A stretch of DNA of 64,000 nucleotides. Origin: Octopus sinensis. Its lineage: Eukaryota. The stretch lies in NCBI RefSeq assembly GCF_006345805.1, contig NC_043011.1, positions 45,892,464-45,956,463 of the forward strand, given 5' to 3'. Position numbers and translations under genes: made by a program. The first letter of the stretch is position 1. Every line of letters starts with the position of its first letter. A model generated the notes under the pieces. It was not told the DNA's origin and did no database searches. It saw only the letters and a list, made by a program, of their open reading frames with translations. Below, one piece after another: positions 1-14,345 of the stretch.

Positions 1-2444
1 TTACTCTAGAATATTTCTTCAGGCAGACACAAAGACCTTATTTCTTTGTTATCATCAGTTAAGAAAAACAGCTTGTAAAATTTATTAAATTTGCTCCCTT
101 CTTTAAAATTAAATCTATTTATTTACTTCTAAGTGTTTTATTAACTAAGCTTATCGAATCAATGGAATTTTATTTACCCAAAAAGGAAATATATTTAAGG
201 CCACGTCTAAATGTTAGCAAAATAATTTAAAAAGAGCATATTCTGTCCAATATATTAATTCAAAATTATAAATAAAAGTAAAATAAAACATCTCTATATG
301 CTTCAAGCTCTACAAAATTCATGTTCACATTTCCATATAATGATGTAAGTACTGGATTTCTTTTTAAATTTGTAGAAGAAAAATATAAATTGAAAGGTGT
401 AACTTGAACCAAGCTTCATTTCTTGGATGAGTAGAAAGGAAACTCTTTTGGTATTAAAAAGATGGACTGAGAGTGTAAGAAAGTCAAGTAGGAGTATATC
501 TGTTTGTATATATATATATATGAGTGTGAGTACAAGAAAATAATAGCAACAGCAGCAACAATGAAAACTGTCAACAAATATAAAACAAAGTACACCAGTA
601 TCAAAACAGAGAGAAGAAGAAGAAAATAAAAAGAAACCTATCAATATAAAAATAATATATTTGTGAAATATATGAGGCTATTTAGCATGAAAGCTTTTCT
701 AAATGTTTCCCACTTGTAGTATAAAGTAGTGTCTCAGCTTTTTGCTTATCCATTGCACTATATTTATACGTGTTGAAAGGGACCAACATTTTTAGCTTGA
801 TGAATTCTTTAAAAGCTGTCTGCTTCATTATTTGACCCCTTTCAAATAAAATACACTTATACAATTGTTCTGTAGTTTTTCACCTAAGAATGTTCCAGAA
901 TTAGACATCTTTTCGATGACCAAAAGGTACTGACCTATTTACTTTTCTAGTGACATTGTTTTCCATTATATAAAAGCAGAGCTATTAATAAGACACATTA
1001 TAAGAATTGTCAGGATAGAAACTGCAAATTCTTGTTTATCAACATACAAACAAGACATCAGTTTCAAGAGAAAACACATTCATTATCCTTAAACACTGTC
1101 ATTAAACAATGAATGTTGTCCATATTTCAATCACAATAATGTCTGTCACTTCTCTTCAGGCCTACAGTTAGACCTCCTGTAGTGGTCATAACAGTGATTT
1201 TTTTTTTACATTTTTTTTCTTTTGATTGCCAGAAAATGAACAAAATGAAGAGAACTACACTAAATCTATAATTGATAACCAATTTATAGTTATTTTGTCT
1301 TGACAGAAGTGGAAAAATGTGACTATTTGAATGCTTGGCGTTTCAAATATAATTAAGAATGTACTATTTAGAAAGTAAAGTTAACTGACGTCACAAAGTA
1401 TTTAAATACAACTAGAAAGTCCTTCATGTCTAAATGAACCTTGGTTACATATTTAGTGTGACATTATGCATTAAACTATCTGGTGTGTTCATTTGCTTAA
1501 TAAACTTGTCTTAATGAATATTTTACAAATACAACATTTAAACACAAATTTAGAAAGACGAAAATGTCTTCAAGTTTCAGCAATATAGCAGTATAGGTAT
1601 GGAAAATGGATGCACAAAACAAATGATATGAAATTAATTCCAGTAGAGAGGAACTTTAATAAAACATGGCAATCTCAACAAAGAATCCTTGAAGACATTT
1701 CAGTCTTGGAGAATGTGAACGCATGCCAAGTATACAATAAATTACTGGGTTCACGAATAGTAAAAAATTAATTGAAATTATTTGTCTAATAAACTAAGTG
1801 AAAATTAAAATGAAGAAAAAGAGCAAAACAACCAGAGATAAAACAATAAAACACATCAATTAGCTTATGCATGCATGCACACACACACACATGCGCATGC
1901 ACATGCACACACGTGTACACACAAACACGAGCATACACAAACTCTCACAAAGAGTTGCTTACGTATATTTATATATGTATTTGCTTATATATATATATAT
2001 ATACATACATATATTTATACATACATACATACATATATATATATATACATACATAATATATATATATATATACATATATATATACATACATAATATATAT
2101 ATATATATATACATACATATATATATATATATTATATATATATATACATACATACATATATATATATATACATACTATATATATATATATATATATATAC
2201 ATACACACATATATATATCTACACACACACACATGCAAATATATATAATAAGTCAGGAGGGATAAGCTAATCCAGGCATTTACCTTGAGAAGCACTTCCA
2301 TGGACAGTAGTAAAAAGGAATATTCCTCTAGGAAATAAGGTGTTTTGAATAAATGGAAAAATCTCTAAAAATCTACAATTTCCATTGTAGAGTATGATTA
2401 TTAATTATATGTATATATTTATGTATGCGTGTGCATGTAAATAT

Positions 2445-3070
2445 ATGGTGTCCCTCCTAAAAATGCAAACACACATTGAATGGTTATAAAGTCAATGCAT
2501 ATTAAAATACATTACATTTTGAAAATTTAAGAGAATCCACCAAAAGAATTTATGAATGCCTGTTTTGAAACTGATGGAAAGTTCAGTTCAGGCACTTATG
2601 ATTATGTAAAATGATAGAATTGTATACATCAAGAAGCATTTCAGTTGGTATTTATGTGCATTCTTATTCAGTGGTTGCCCTCAATTTGTTGACTGGTGCC
2701 CCTTTTGTGCCACAAAATTTATCTTTTAAGTAATTCCATAAAAGTTTTCTAATGGTGTGGTTCAGTGAATGCAGGGTATATTCTTCTGAATATCTTTGTG
2801 CAATTCATTTCTTTGCAACCAGGCCCTTATATTACTGTGGTAGTGTGGGGTGCCTCATGTTGCTTGAAATAAAAACTCTATGTCTTCAGAGTTCTCCTCT
2901 TGAATGCTTGGCATTATAGGTTGTTGCAGAAAGTCTGAGTAAATACAATCAATCACTGTATCACCAATAAGGAATGGTCCAACAAATGGTTTTGAAGGTA
3001 AGCCCCATCATAATGTAACACCTGGAAAATTAAAATGATTTTTCTCTGCAATATGTGGATTCTCACATCC
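2445..3070 (-). mobile_element. Decayed Tc1/mariner-superfamily transposase (C-terminal DDE/D region)
   Basis: Minus-strand translation gives ENPH..., VGPFLI, QQHEAPPHY and LWNYLKDK with stops and frameshifts. These correspond to the GPYFF / FQQDGAPPH / FLWGYLK motifs. Confidence 0.7.
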
Positions 3071-3200
3071 CTGACAGGTGCAGTTGTAGCAGTTAATTAA
3101 ACAGCTTAATTGAAATGTAGTCTCATAATGGCACACTACCTTTGTTGGAAAGTGTACAGATATGTGTGTATGCATATGTGTATATATATATATATAATAT

Positions 3201-3233
<33 letters not shown>

Positions 3234-3583
3234 TGTATGAAGAAGTGAATAAACTCTGCCATTTATTTCATATTACATACAAAAGGGATGCAATAATTTT
3301 AGTTGTTCACTGAAACGTACTTAATGTTAATCTGATTTCTCTTTTCTTCAACTGAAATTATTGTTATTCACTCTGTAAGGAGTAAAAGATATCTATTTGA
3401 TATACATTCTTTGGATTGGCAAAGTATTCCTGCAATAATTGATCAAAGTATAGGCTGTCATTCTTTTGTTAATTAAAAGATGTACCATATGCACTGCTAT
3501 TTGAATACTCTTCTAGTTAGGTTCCTGCAGGAAGTGCTGCTGATATGATCACCTGGATTTTATTTATTCCCTACACACACATC

Positions 3584-3676
<93 letters not shown>

Positions 3677-3749
3677 ATACTCACACACAGGTGAACTACC
3701 ACCAGTGACGCTTTGCTCCAAGCAGAATCTGCTGGAGCTTCTTAAAAAC

Positions 3750-4900
3750 AATGCAAACTCCTTCTCTTAATGGTGACTAAATCCATTATGTCATTTGAAA
3801 CTACTCTGTATTGTTGGCAGGTATCTCAAAGTTATAAGCCTTTTTTCCCTATAGCTTGTATATTTGACCTGATTGGAGTAATGGTTACCAAATTAGCCCC
3901 CACCTACAGAAGTCACTTTTCAACTGCAACCACCTTGTGCTGGTCTCAACCACTGTGGCTATTGCTTAAGTGGTTTCCTTCACTTGTTTGGCTTCCAAAC
4001 CAATCTTCTGCAAGAAATATTGTACTGATTTTGCTGGGATACCACAGTAGATGATTTCAAACAGAAATAAGGCTACATGTCATCATTTGACAAGAGCTTT
4101 ATTAAATAAGCTCTAGCACATTGAGATTCCTTCAATTAGTGACATCTGCATCTACAGCAGGCACTAAATTCAGATCTGGTTTCCTTTTGAAACTCTGTAG
4201 GTTTTTCAGCTTACATAGTGAGACAGCCTGCTTTTTCCAGCACTTCTGTGTTAGGTGTAAGAGATTTTCCAGCTGATGTTTAATGCATGCTTTAGACACT
4301 TCTGGTGAAATGTTTTAAGTATTTTGATTTGTCGTTGATACAAGCTACCCAACACAGTTGTGGGATATGACAACACAAGCATCAAAGATGCAAAGCTTGA
4401 TGGACAGTTTCAAAACACTGTCTGACCCTTTTGTCCAATGTCCCAAGTTTCAGTAGGAGCTTTATCAATCCTCAGGTTCATCCCAGAACCTATGAATCCA
4501 TCTATGGAGGCAGTGCTGTTGAGATATGTCATGTCTTTGTCTTCACATGTGGGTTCTTTGGAACATAAGTAAACATCATCTTAGCTTTCCTCAGGCTTAT
4601 TGTAAGTCCAAAAGTAGGAAAGATACTGAAGAAGAAGTTCATTATTTTCCGGATTATGTATTCCAGTGAAGAGGAACACCATGTGAGTTACAAAGGTCTT
4701 CAATTAAACTTTGAAATGATTCAGGTTGGAGAGTTGATCTGTTTTTCAATAACTGACAAAGATGCCTTGATCATAATCATGAGTAGTCATGGGTACGTAG
4801 TACATGGGGGAATAAAGTCAGTGAAATTGTCACCCATTGTTTAACACCATTGTCCACAGGGATAAATGCCACCCGACTTTCTAAGGTTTCTCCACTGTAC
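3750..4900 (-). mobile_element. Decayed RTE-clade LINE ORF2 (RT and C-terminal part)
   Basis: Minus-strand fragments NGVKQ, DQGIFVSY, FGLTISLRKAKMM, FHQKCLKHALNISWK and NTEVLEKAG resemble RTE/BovB-type motifs. Many indels. Confidence 0.7.
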
Positions 4901-5591
4901 ATTATTTTCTAGTCACTGAGACCAAGGGTTTTGTTTAATGAATAAAAACTTGTTCTATTCATTAAAGATCATATCTGAGGAAAGTTTCTCAGATCTGAAA
5001 TCATGTACAGTCAATGATATAGCTTATGTGTGTCTGTAGATGAATTTAATAATAGCTTAGTGAATGCATTATCAATAGTTACATACATATACATGCACAC
5101 ATGTACATACTCAGACACACACATACACATATATACAGACATGCACACACAAGTGTATGCAGGAATGCTAAGAAATTTGACTCCCATGTAGCTTTTGGAT
5201 TTAGCCCCACTGCATGGCAGTGGAACCTACTGCAGCTCTGGGCCAACCAAAACCTTGTGAGTTGATTTGGTGCGAAGAAATTCATCTAATATATATATGT
5301 GTGTGTGTGTCCCCTTGGTTTGACTGCATATGGTATTGATAAACAAGCAACACGATCATACAAATGTTACCGTTTATTTCCAATTTTCCAAGAAAACATG
5401 TCAGGTCGGTGGGGAATATTACCTTACATGGAAGAAACAGGTGATTGTTAGCAATCAGAAGGGCATCTGAGCATAAAAAATCTGCCTCAATGAACTTTGC
5501 CCAAGTAAGTATAAAAAAGTAGACGTTAAAATAATGATAAAAAACAACAATGTTGTATGCATGTTTGTATGTATATATATATATAAAAGAG

Positions 5592-5747
5592 TATAATTAT
5601 AATTAGGGTTCAGCAAAATTTGTTTCACCACATACCGAAATTTAGAAATAGCAGTTAAACTACTATTTTAAGATAGTAGTTTAACTGCTATTTCTAAATT
5701 TTGGTAGGTGGTGAAACAAATTTTGCTGAACCCGAATTATAATTATA
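5592..5747. repeat. 156-bp near-perfect foldback (hairpin MITE-like)
   Basis: Arms of about 75 bp with 3 mismatches around a central t-TTAA-g. A related single arm occurs at about 32297-32350. Confidence 0.9.
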
Positions 5748-6180
5748 CGTATAATTATAAAATTTTTGTATAAGTTTACTGATAATGGTTCTTTTAACAT
5801 ACCAAACTACTTGGTAAAATTATTAATTATTAATTAATTAATTTTACCCTTTATATATATATATATATTTATATACACACTCACGCATATATATACATAC
5901 ATATACATATATGTACACACACATATTCATGTACATGCACACACACACACATGAAAAAATACAACTGTTAATGAGGCAAAAACCATGCATGATGCAGAAT
6001 GTAATAAAAGAAAAGAATTGTGAAACATAATTCTATATCCATGCAAAAGGCAAAAATGTTCAAAGAAAGCTGCAGAGCAACATAGCAAAATAAATGTGTA
6101 ATGCAAATGTATAAAAAAATACATATCAAACATTTGAAAAAATAATAGTTTTTTTTTTTGTTTTTTTTTTTTTTCGATTT

Positions 6181-6213
<33 letters not shown>

Positions 6214-8764
6214 TGAAAAAAATTTTTTTAATCTTTTTTTCTTTTTTAATATTTTTGTTGAAGATGAAAAATTTCATGCAGGAAATAAAGTCAGTGTGAC
6301 ACTAAGCTTATGTTGTGTTGTATTGAGAGAAATGTTGTCAGTTGAAGATGCAGACATAAAAAGGGAATACGTGATTGAACTAACAGTAAAATAACTATTT
6401 GTTTTAATGAATAATCAAACATACTTCAATGTTATAATAATGACAGATCAGTGAGATAGTAAAATGTTTTGTTGTTTTTTTAAAAGTTATTTTATCACGA
6501 GAAAAACATTTAAAAAAATTTGTTTTCTATTTAAAGTAAAGAATGTCATGTCCGTATGAATAATTACATATATGGAAATATTTTGGTGAAAAATCATTGT
6601 TTGAAGTTTGGTTAAGGATAGTTGTATAGTCCATTAATAATCAATTTTGTTTAAAATTAAATTGTTTCTATAATCTATTTAACGAATCATGTGTACTAAC
6701 CGTTTCACCTATAAGAATTTTGTAAATAACCAAAAACAAAAAAATTATGCCAAATGGGAATAAAGTTGTTAATTTAACTTGGAAAATTATTTTTATGTTT
6801 TTCTATTGATAAACAATATTCCTCTATAATTTGAGTCATCAAAATCTAATATCAATGGCACTGATCATTGGAAAAAGATTATTATTATTGTTTTTGCTAA
6901 ACTTTATAAGACTGAACATTAAGGTTTTGAAGTATTATAATGATAGCTGTTCTACAAGTTAAATGTAGTAACATGGGATAGTTAAGAGAAATGTAAGTGT
7001 CTATTTAGGGAGAAATTATAAGATAAAGAAGAGTCTAGAATATGTTGATCAAATAGAACTCAGAAATGATAGGAGAGAGATTGAAGATGATGAAGATTTT
7101 CTCGGAATTCTAATTTCTGAATTGGTTCAACTAAGGAATGGAGAAACTTCAGAGAACATCAGCTGTAACATCAAGTTTTCACATATCTTTCCAGTGCAAT
7201 TTTTATAATGACCTGTAGAAGTATTGAGTTTATAGTGCGAGACCAACTAAAGGGAATGATTTGTTAATATCCATAAACCTGATGGACACAAACACAATAT
7301 AATTCTTTGTTTTAACTCTTTATAGATGATTTTCTTTCCAAGAGTTTAAGATTTATTAATGGCAGTTTTAAAAAATACATTGAAATAAATTCAGATTGGA
7401 TTAAAATAAAATTTTAAACATTAGTTTCAAAAGTAATTTAATTGCAAATGATTAAAAGTTTTAACCAGAAAACTTAATCGTTGAAAAACCATGCAGATAG
7501 CTTTACAAGATTAAGGCAAACAAAATAGTTTTATCAATGTTGTTCTCTCACATTTGTTGATTGAAATTGTTAATGTTCACTGGAATCTCTTAAATGTTTA
7601 ATTCTATTTGAATTAAGAGTAATAAGTTATTGAATGTGTTTTTTTTTTTAATTTTCGAGATGATGAAGATGATGATGTAAGAAATAAATTCATATTCCCC
7701 TTTTTTGTTTTAGTTAGAGAAGTATATAGATATATATAAAGAGAGATAGATAAAAAAAAACAGAATAAACTGAGCAGGGACAATCTCTAAACAACAGTAA
7801 TGAGACAATGCAAAAAAAATAATACGTCACCATTGTACGACCAGCAATACTCTGAAACAATGAAAGTAAAAAAAAAAAAAATAGATGGAAAAATTAAGGA
7901 ACAATATTCACTTGAGTTTAAAAGAATTTTAAGTAGTTAAAATATGGTTCCAGAAAGACAAAAGGAATCTTCTCTAATGTCAGTCCATCTAATAATAAGA
8001 ACAGGAGAAAATGAAGAACAACTGAAGAAAAAAGAATGATGATGATGATGGATGATAACGATGATGATGATGATGATGATGAAGTAAAACATGTATGATA
8101 TAAGATATAATTTTACCATCTAGTTTCTGGATTGAAAGAAAATCGTATCCAAACCATAATATTTTCATGGAAATCCATTCAAGTGAATGTGAGTGTGTAT
8201 GTATTACTAAACAAAACCAAAAACTACCCAAGAGTACAGTTAAGCTAAACATCTCACATTGTCTTGCTAACTCTACAGATAATAAGAAAACAATAAAATT
8301 GACCAACACTCAGATTCAATTTAATATTCAATGTTTAAATTTATTATTATAAAGCATAGACAAAGTGTGAGGAGTAAACAGAAGAAATTTGGATTGTTTT
8401 CAGATTGTTCATGCCAATGTTCAAGGGAATCTGAGTTTGAAAAGGTCACAAAGTTAGTCCACTATTACCAATTTTGTCAAAAGATGATAATTTATTTGTA
8501 ATTAATTGTTGTTTGATACATATGCTCCCTGGGTAACTATATCAAAATGATTTGGTCTTCACTTTTTGGCAATGCCATCATGAGAATTCAAGCAAGAGCT
8601 TTTCTATTCATTAATAGAAAATGAACATATCTATGTAACTCTTTTGACAAATTTGACAATGGTCTGACCATTCTCTATGACTATGAAATAACTTCTTAAA
8701 AACAAAGTTTGTTTTTAAAAATTTTTAATCTTTCTTTAACTATAATCACTAAATATAATATCTA

Positions 8765-8994
8765 TTTCTTTACTACCCACAAGGGGCTAAACACAGAGGG
8801 GACAAACAAGGACAGACAAATGGATTAAGTCGATTACATCGACCCCAGTGCGTAACTGGTACTTAATTTATCGACCTCGAAAGGATGAAAGGCAAAGTCG
8901 ACCTCGGTGGAATTTGAACTCATAACGTGATGGCAGACGAAATACCGCTAAGCATTTCGCCCGGCGTCCTAACGTTTCTGCCAGCTCGCCACCT
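8765..8994 (-). mobile_element. tRNA-derived SINE, family A
   Basis: A-box-like TGGCAGAAACGTTAG, B-box GAGTTCAAATTCC-like motif and central GCCTTTCATCCTTTCG.GGTCGATAAA.TAAGTACCAG. Near-identical copies elsewhere in the window. Confidence 0.85.
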
Positions 8995-9540
8995 TTGAAA
9001 TATAATATAATATCAGTTTACTAAATATAATATCAGTTTATGTACATTTCTGGTAGGAATAAAAACATCATTTTTTTTTTCCTAAGCAGTGTTACATTTT
9101 GTGATTCAGAGTTATAGTTTTACTTGATTAATTAAAAAAAAATTAGGTAAAAATAAGCTAATTAAATAACTATGACCACTTGTATAGTGAAACTCCTTTT
9201 GTTTTGTTGATTGGTGTAAGGAAATAACGCTATAACTACATATAATCAACATCACTCTAGCATTAAGAACATACACTTCTTGTGTTAATTCTAGGTTGCT
9301 ACAAGACACAAAATATTGATTAAGCTGCTAAGGACAATGGAACCTGGAGCTGACAACTTTCACACAACCAAAAGTACTCAACTTTAATTCAATAATTGTA
9401 AATTAATTAACTTAGTCTTACTATGAATTTGTAACATAGTTTACTACATTATTAAAAAATGTCTTTGAATCATATGTACTATTAAGTCTGTGAGATATAG
9501 AAATTTCACAGGCTAAACACTTTAATAATGTTTAATTACA

Positions 9541-9767
9541 TTAACCGTTTAGCATTCAGAATATTCTGTCAAATGTGATACTTATTTATTCACAGTCTTG
9601 AATTAATCAGGTATTATCTTGTAGCTACGAGGTTCCAATGATGTGATTTCTTTATTTTTAGAATGACATTGTAGCATAAGCATGAGAGGTTAGATCTGGC
9701 CAGTTTGAACATAGAACAGGTAAAGTATTTGGGCGAGATGTGGTTGGTTTAAATGTTAAAGGTTTAA
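9541..9767 (+). mobile_element. piggyBac-like MITE, family D
   Basis: TTAA at 9541-9544 and 9764-9767 with degenerate CC(C)TTTAGCATT...AATG(C)TAAAGG(G) termini. Other copies at 55577-55801 (reverse) and about 37380-37610 (partial). Confidence 0.75.
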
Positions 9768-11120
9768 AGGCGCAGTTTGTCAATGAGTAGAATATTATGA
9801 TTATTAACTAAAGAAGGCAAATGGAATTATAATATCAAATTCTACATTAAGAATGTTCTAATGTTAGTGAAAATAACAACTGTAATTATATACAAAAGGC
9901 AACAAATTAGTGGGGAGGAGTTAAGTCAACTCTAGTATTTGACTGGTACTTTATCTATTTCAGAAAGATAAACAATAAAGTTAACCTCTTTTTATGAGTT
10001 TTTGAACTCATAACGAATACCATAAGGTATTTTATTTACTCTAATGATTCTGTCAATCCACTGCCCTTCTTTTTCTTCTTCTTAATAATAATACTGGCAC
10101 CAGAAATCATTATTATTAATTTTATTAGAAGAATGGTTAAGTGCTTTAGAGAAATTGTTCTTAAGCAAAATGGTTATAACTGGCACTGAAAACCTTATAA
10201 AACTTGTGATCTTTGGAATTATTCAGAACGTAATCTATTTTAATTAACAATTTAGAATGTAATTAATTGTTTGTTTCATTGCTATACTATTTTGTAAAAA
10301 CAACTTGATATCTAACGATCATTACAGTTTTGAAATACACTCCCCACACACACACCTCTCTCTCTCTCTCTCTTAAAGTATTTCTCATTAAAGATAATAT
10401 CAGAGAAATGAAATGGATATTTTAACTGGAATTAGTAACAAGCTAAATGAGAAACGAAGTGCAATTAGTTGATATATGATGCCATCATCATTTTACATTG
10501 TTTTTCCATGCTTTTATGGGTTTATAGATCATGTCATGTGCATTATCTTTTGTAACTTTCTTATTCAGGTTTAGTCTCTGGAAATATATTTTCTCATGTC
10601 TTCTGTGATCTTTCTCTCCTGCAGTCAGATTATTTGAGACTTTTTTTTTACTCAGTTGTCATCCTCCAAATGCATCTTTTGTCTGTATCAATTCAGTCTC
10701 CTTGCACACAACACCTGATTTCTTTTTTTAATCCAGATTTCCTCTCAGCTAATGTCAAAACACACACACACAAACACACACACGCAAAGTTCCAAAATTT
10801 AAACTGAAACACAACAAAGGATAAAACAGAAAATTCACATGCATGTTGAAAAGTTGCTGATTCCCCATCAGTTATTGTCCAAAGGATCCTTACAATTTCA
10901 TGCCTAACTGATAAGGAATTAGCAATGTCCCATCATGTGTGTGAACTTTCTATTTGTCCCTTTGTGGTGATTTTGCTTAAATTTTGGAACTTATTATTTA
11001 ATGCAACACTACACACACTTCTCTTTTTTTTTACCCATTCAGTTAAAAAATATATATATATATATATGTATAACAGAAAGGGAGGAATTTCAATTATCTT
11101 GACATGGTGAGATGTAATAT

Positions 11121-11380
11121 ATATAAGAAATTAAAGAAGGAAAATACACACACTTTACATAGTTTTGATATATTCTTTAATATATTTTATATTGTGTTTG
11201 TCGACCAGTTTCACTAATCAAGACATTAAAATTATTTTTCTTTAAGAAAATACATAATTAAAATAATTTTAATGTCATGATTAGCAAAAGTGAAACCAGT
11301 CGACAAATAATATAAAATATATTAAAGAATATATCAAAACTATGTAAAGTGTGTGCATTTTCCTTCTTTAATTCCATATA
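11121..11380. repeat. ~260-bp foldback element (arms about 115 bp)
   Basis: Left arm aattaaagaaggaaaatacacacactttacatagttttgatatattc...gacattaaaattatttt is the reverse complement of the right arm with a few mismatches and indels. Flanked by TA runs. Confidence 0.85.
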
Positions 11381-12402
11381 TATATATATATATATGCACA
11401 TTTCAATATATCTTTATGTCTAAAGGAAAAGGTGATATACAAGTAAATATCTGTACATGTATCTGTGTGTAGTAGGTCACCATAAATGTAGGATTTAACA
11501 TTTTATGAGTGTGCAGATGCTGCCTTAATTGTGGAGCACTTAAGTGAGGGGATGGATTATTGTTAGAATACCTGACTTTTCATTTGATGAAGGTGGAATA
11601 ATGGAAAAATAACCTTACATCTATATTGACACATAGAATAACACTTGGATAGCATTATTTTCAATCAGGAACTGAGACTAAATGAAATTCTGATTGTTAA
11701 GGAAGTAAGAAGGTGTGGTAAAAGGGCCTTTCTGTGTACTACAGAGCCTGAGGCGGTTTTGGCCGGGTTGGTATCAAAAGGGTTAAAGAAAATTTACATT
11801 TGAAATTACAACAGTTTAACTCCTCCCACCCCTGACAAAAATCTAGTTATTCATCAAATGCATAACCTCCTACTTAATCAAAATATATCTTATGATGTGA
11901 ACTTTGTAAGATAAAGTCTTATTTCTACCTGTTTAATAAGCTTCATATGTCAGGTTACGTTTAAGACATTGAGTTATTTACCATTCAAAGTATAGATAGC
12001 AAATGATTAAATACGACATTTTAGTTCTATTCTTTTAATAAGTCTAATGAATAAATGGTTGAATTAAATGACATGACCCAAATATTGTAATACAATATTT
12101 AGATCCTCTATATTGCGATCATCAAACCACTCTTATAAGTGAAATGATAAAAAAAAAAGTAAAGAGATTTTTGCAGCTTTTGATATAATGAATGAAACAG
12201 TTTCATATTTCTATTGTGATTATTCCTTGTAAATGCCATAGAAGAGAAACTAATGAAAATAAACTATCAATGAGCTTTAATGTTAACAAAGCTGTACAGA
12301 ATCTGTCAAGGATAAACAACAGAACAGAGACTACGAAATGTGGTGCTTGTTTTTCTGTATTCTGATTTCCAGATTTGTGCATGTGTGTATATATATCCTC
12401 CT

Positions 12403-12780
12403 CATCATCATCGTTTAACGTCCGCTTTCCATGCTGGTATGGGTTGGACGGTTTGACTGAGGACTGGCAAACCAGGAGGCTGCACTGGGCGCCCATCTGA
12501 TCTGGTAAGGTTTTTACAGTTGGATGCCCTTCTTTATGCCAACCACTCTGAGAGTTTAGTGAGTGCTTTTTAGGTGACACTGGCATGAGGACCAATCAGG
12601 TGGCACTCTCAAATTATGCTTTTTATGACCCACTGGCACAGGATTGAGTTAGGGAGCACTGACATCGACCATACTCAAATGGTGTTTTTTATGTGCCACT
12701 GGCACAGGAGCCAGGCAGGAAGCACTGGCATCAGCCATGATTACGATTTCACTTCACTCAACAGCTCTTCTCAAACACAG
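12403..12780 (-). mobile_element. SINE-like family C with (GAT)n tail and internal ~60-bp tandem units
   Basis: Matches copies at 23445, 36603, 37076 and 40593. Contains the GGCGTTAGGAAGGGCATCCAGC-like core and ...GGAAAGCGGACGTTAAACGATGATG tail. Confidence 0.8.
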
Positions 12781-12852
12781 CATATTGCTCGATGATTGAA
12801 GGGCACTTTTAAATGGGCCATTTATGCAACACAGGTATCAGCCATATATATG

Positions 12853-12887
<35 letters not shown>

Positions 12888-13070
12888 AGACTCCCCTGTT
12901 GAAAATGATGTATGAGAGTTTAGCTTTAGCCAAATGACCTGCACAAATGATTTGCTTACAGTGATCATAAAGCAATGTGAATTGAAGCATTTTGCTTCAG
13001 AATACAATGCAACCATGATCTTGTGATCACAAGTTCAACACTCTTACCACTAGGACATGCACCCTCACTG

Positions 13071-13106
<36 letters not shown>

Positions 13107-13359
13107 TGATAGTATTAAAAATAAGGATTACTCCTAAATTTCAATAGCATTACCTTTAATTCTATAATATATATGTTACATATATACATATATGTTACAT
13201 ATATATATACATATATACACATATTAATTGCATTGCAATTCTTAACATTTATGTATTAACTTTGTTGGGTGCTTTACTAGCAGTATATTGGATACATGTT
13301 ATCCCATGGTGGGTTGCACTCACAACCCCTATCTCAATTTGTAATTTTATATAAAAATA

Positions 13360-13505
13360 TATATATGTATATGTATATATGATATATATATATATATATA
13401 ATATATATATATATATATGTATATGTATATATATGATATATATATATATATAATATATATATATATTATATATATATATATATAATATACATATATATAT
13501 GTGTG

Positions 13506-13546
<41 letters not shown>

Positions 13547-13602
13547 TATATATATATTATATAATATACATATATATATATGTGTGTATATATATATATA
13601 TC

Positions 13603-13635
<33 letters not shown>

Positions 13636-13693
13636 TATGTATATATATATATATATATATATGTATTATATATATATATATATATATAATATA

Positions 13694-13767
<74 letters not shown>

Positions 13768-13836
13768 TGTATATATATATAATAAATATAATATACACAT
13801 ATGTAATATATAATACATATAATATATATATATAAT
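13360..13836. repeat. Long imperfect (TA)n microsatellite
   Basis: About 480 bp of interrupted TA dinucleotides, directly adjoining the Helitron dimer. Confidence 0.95.
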
Positions 13837-13837
13837 A

Positions 13838-14345
13838 CTAGCAGTATCGCCCGGCGTTGCTCGGGTTTGTAAGGGAAATAACTATATAAGCATTTTTAGA
13901 GAGTTACTTCCCTTATAGATACCAATTCGGGCTTTCTTAGCCATTTCTGTTTTGGTGTCTTCAAGCCATGAAGTCGTTGTTCTAAAAAAACGCTGGTCTC
14001 CTTGACAACGCTTTACGACGTTGATTTCCTTACACTCCCTTCCCCACAGCTTCACGAGGGAGGGAAGAAGGGGGAGAAGCAACACAGGTGTGAGCGTGGA
14101 CGCCAACTCCGCCGCCATCGACACACGAAAAATTATGCATTAAAATGGAATAAAAAATGATGTTAAATTATTTTTAAAATCGTAGACTCATCGTAGACGC
14201 GCGCTAATACCCAGAAGGGCTCGATATGAATCACGACTATAAGATACCCGGTTTTGGTTAAACTGCACCGCAAAATGTGGGAGTAGTTAGGAATCTAAAT
14301 CTTTGGAGACAGACACTCACACAACTTCACTTTTATATATATAGA
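13838..14345 (-). mobile_element. Non-autonomous Helitron, copy 1 (508 bp)
   Basis: Minus strand begins TC (14345-14344) and ends CTAG (13841-13838), followed by T. GC hairpin CCCGAGCAACGCCGGG (13850-13865) lies 8 nt before CTAG. Confidence 0.88.

Noticed and set aside
1387-1394. Perfect CRE (TGACGTCA); also an E-box TCACGTGA near 24944
   Set aside because: Single 8-mers are expected by chance in 64 kb and there is no supporting context.
1867-2301. Numerous YI/HT/CV-rich ORFs in the track (also at 13501-13813, 46903-47361, 50389-51024 and others)
   Set aside because: These are translations of TA/CA/TG microsatellites, not proteins.
2278-2335. Potential small exon (ag...[15 protein letters not shown]|gtaaat)
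   Set aside because: No match to KChIP or any motif I recognise. AG/GT pairs are frequent by chance.
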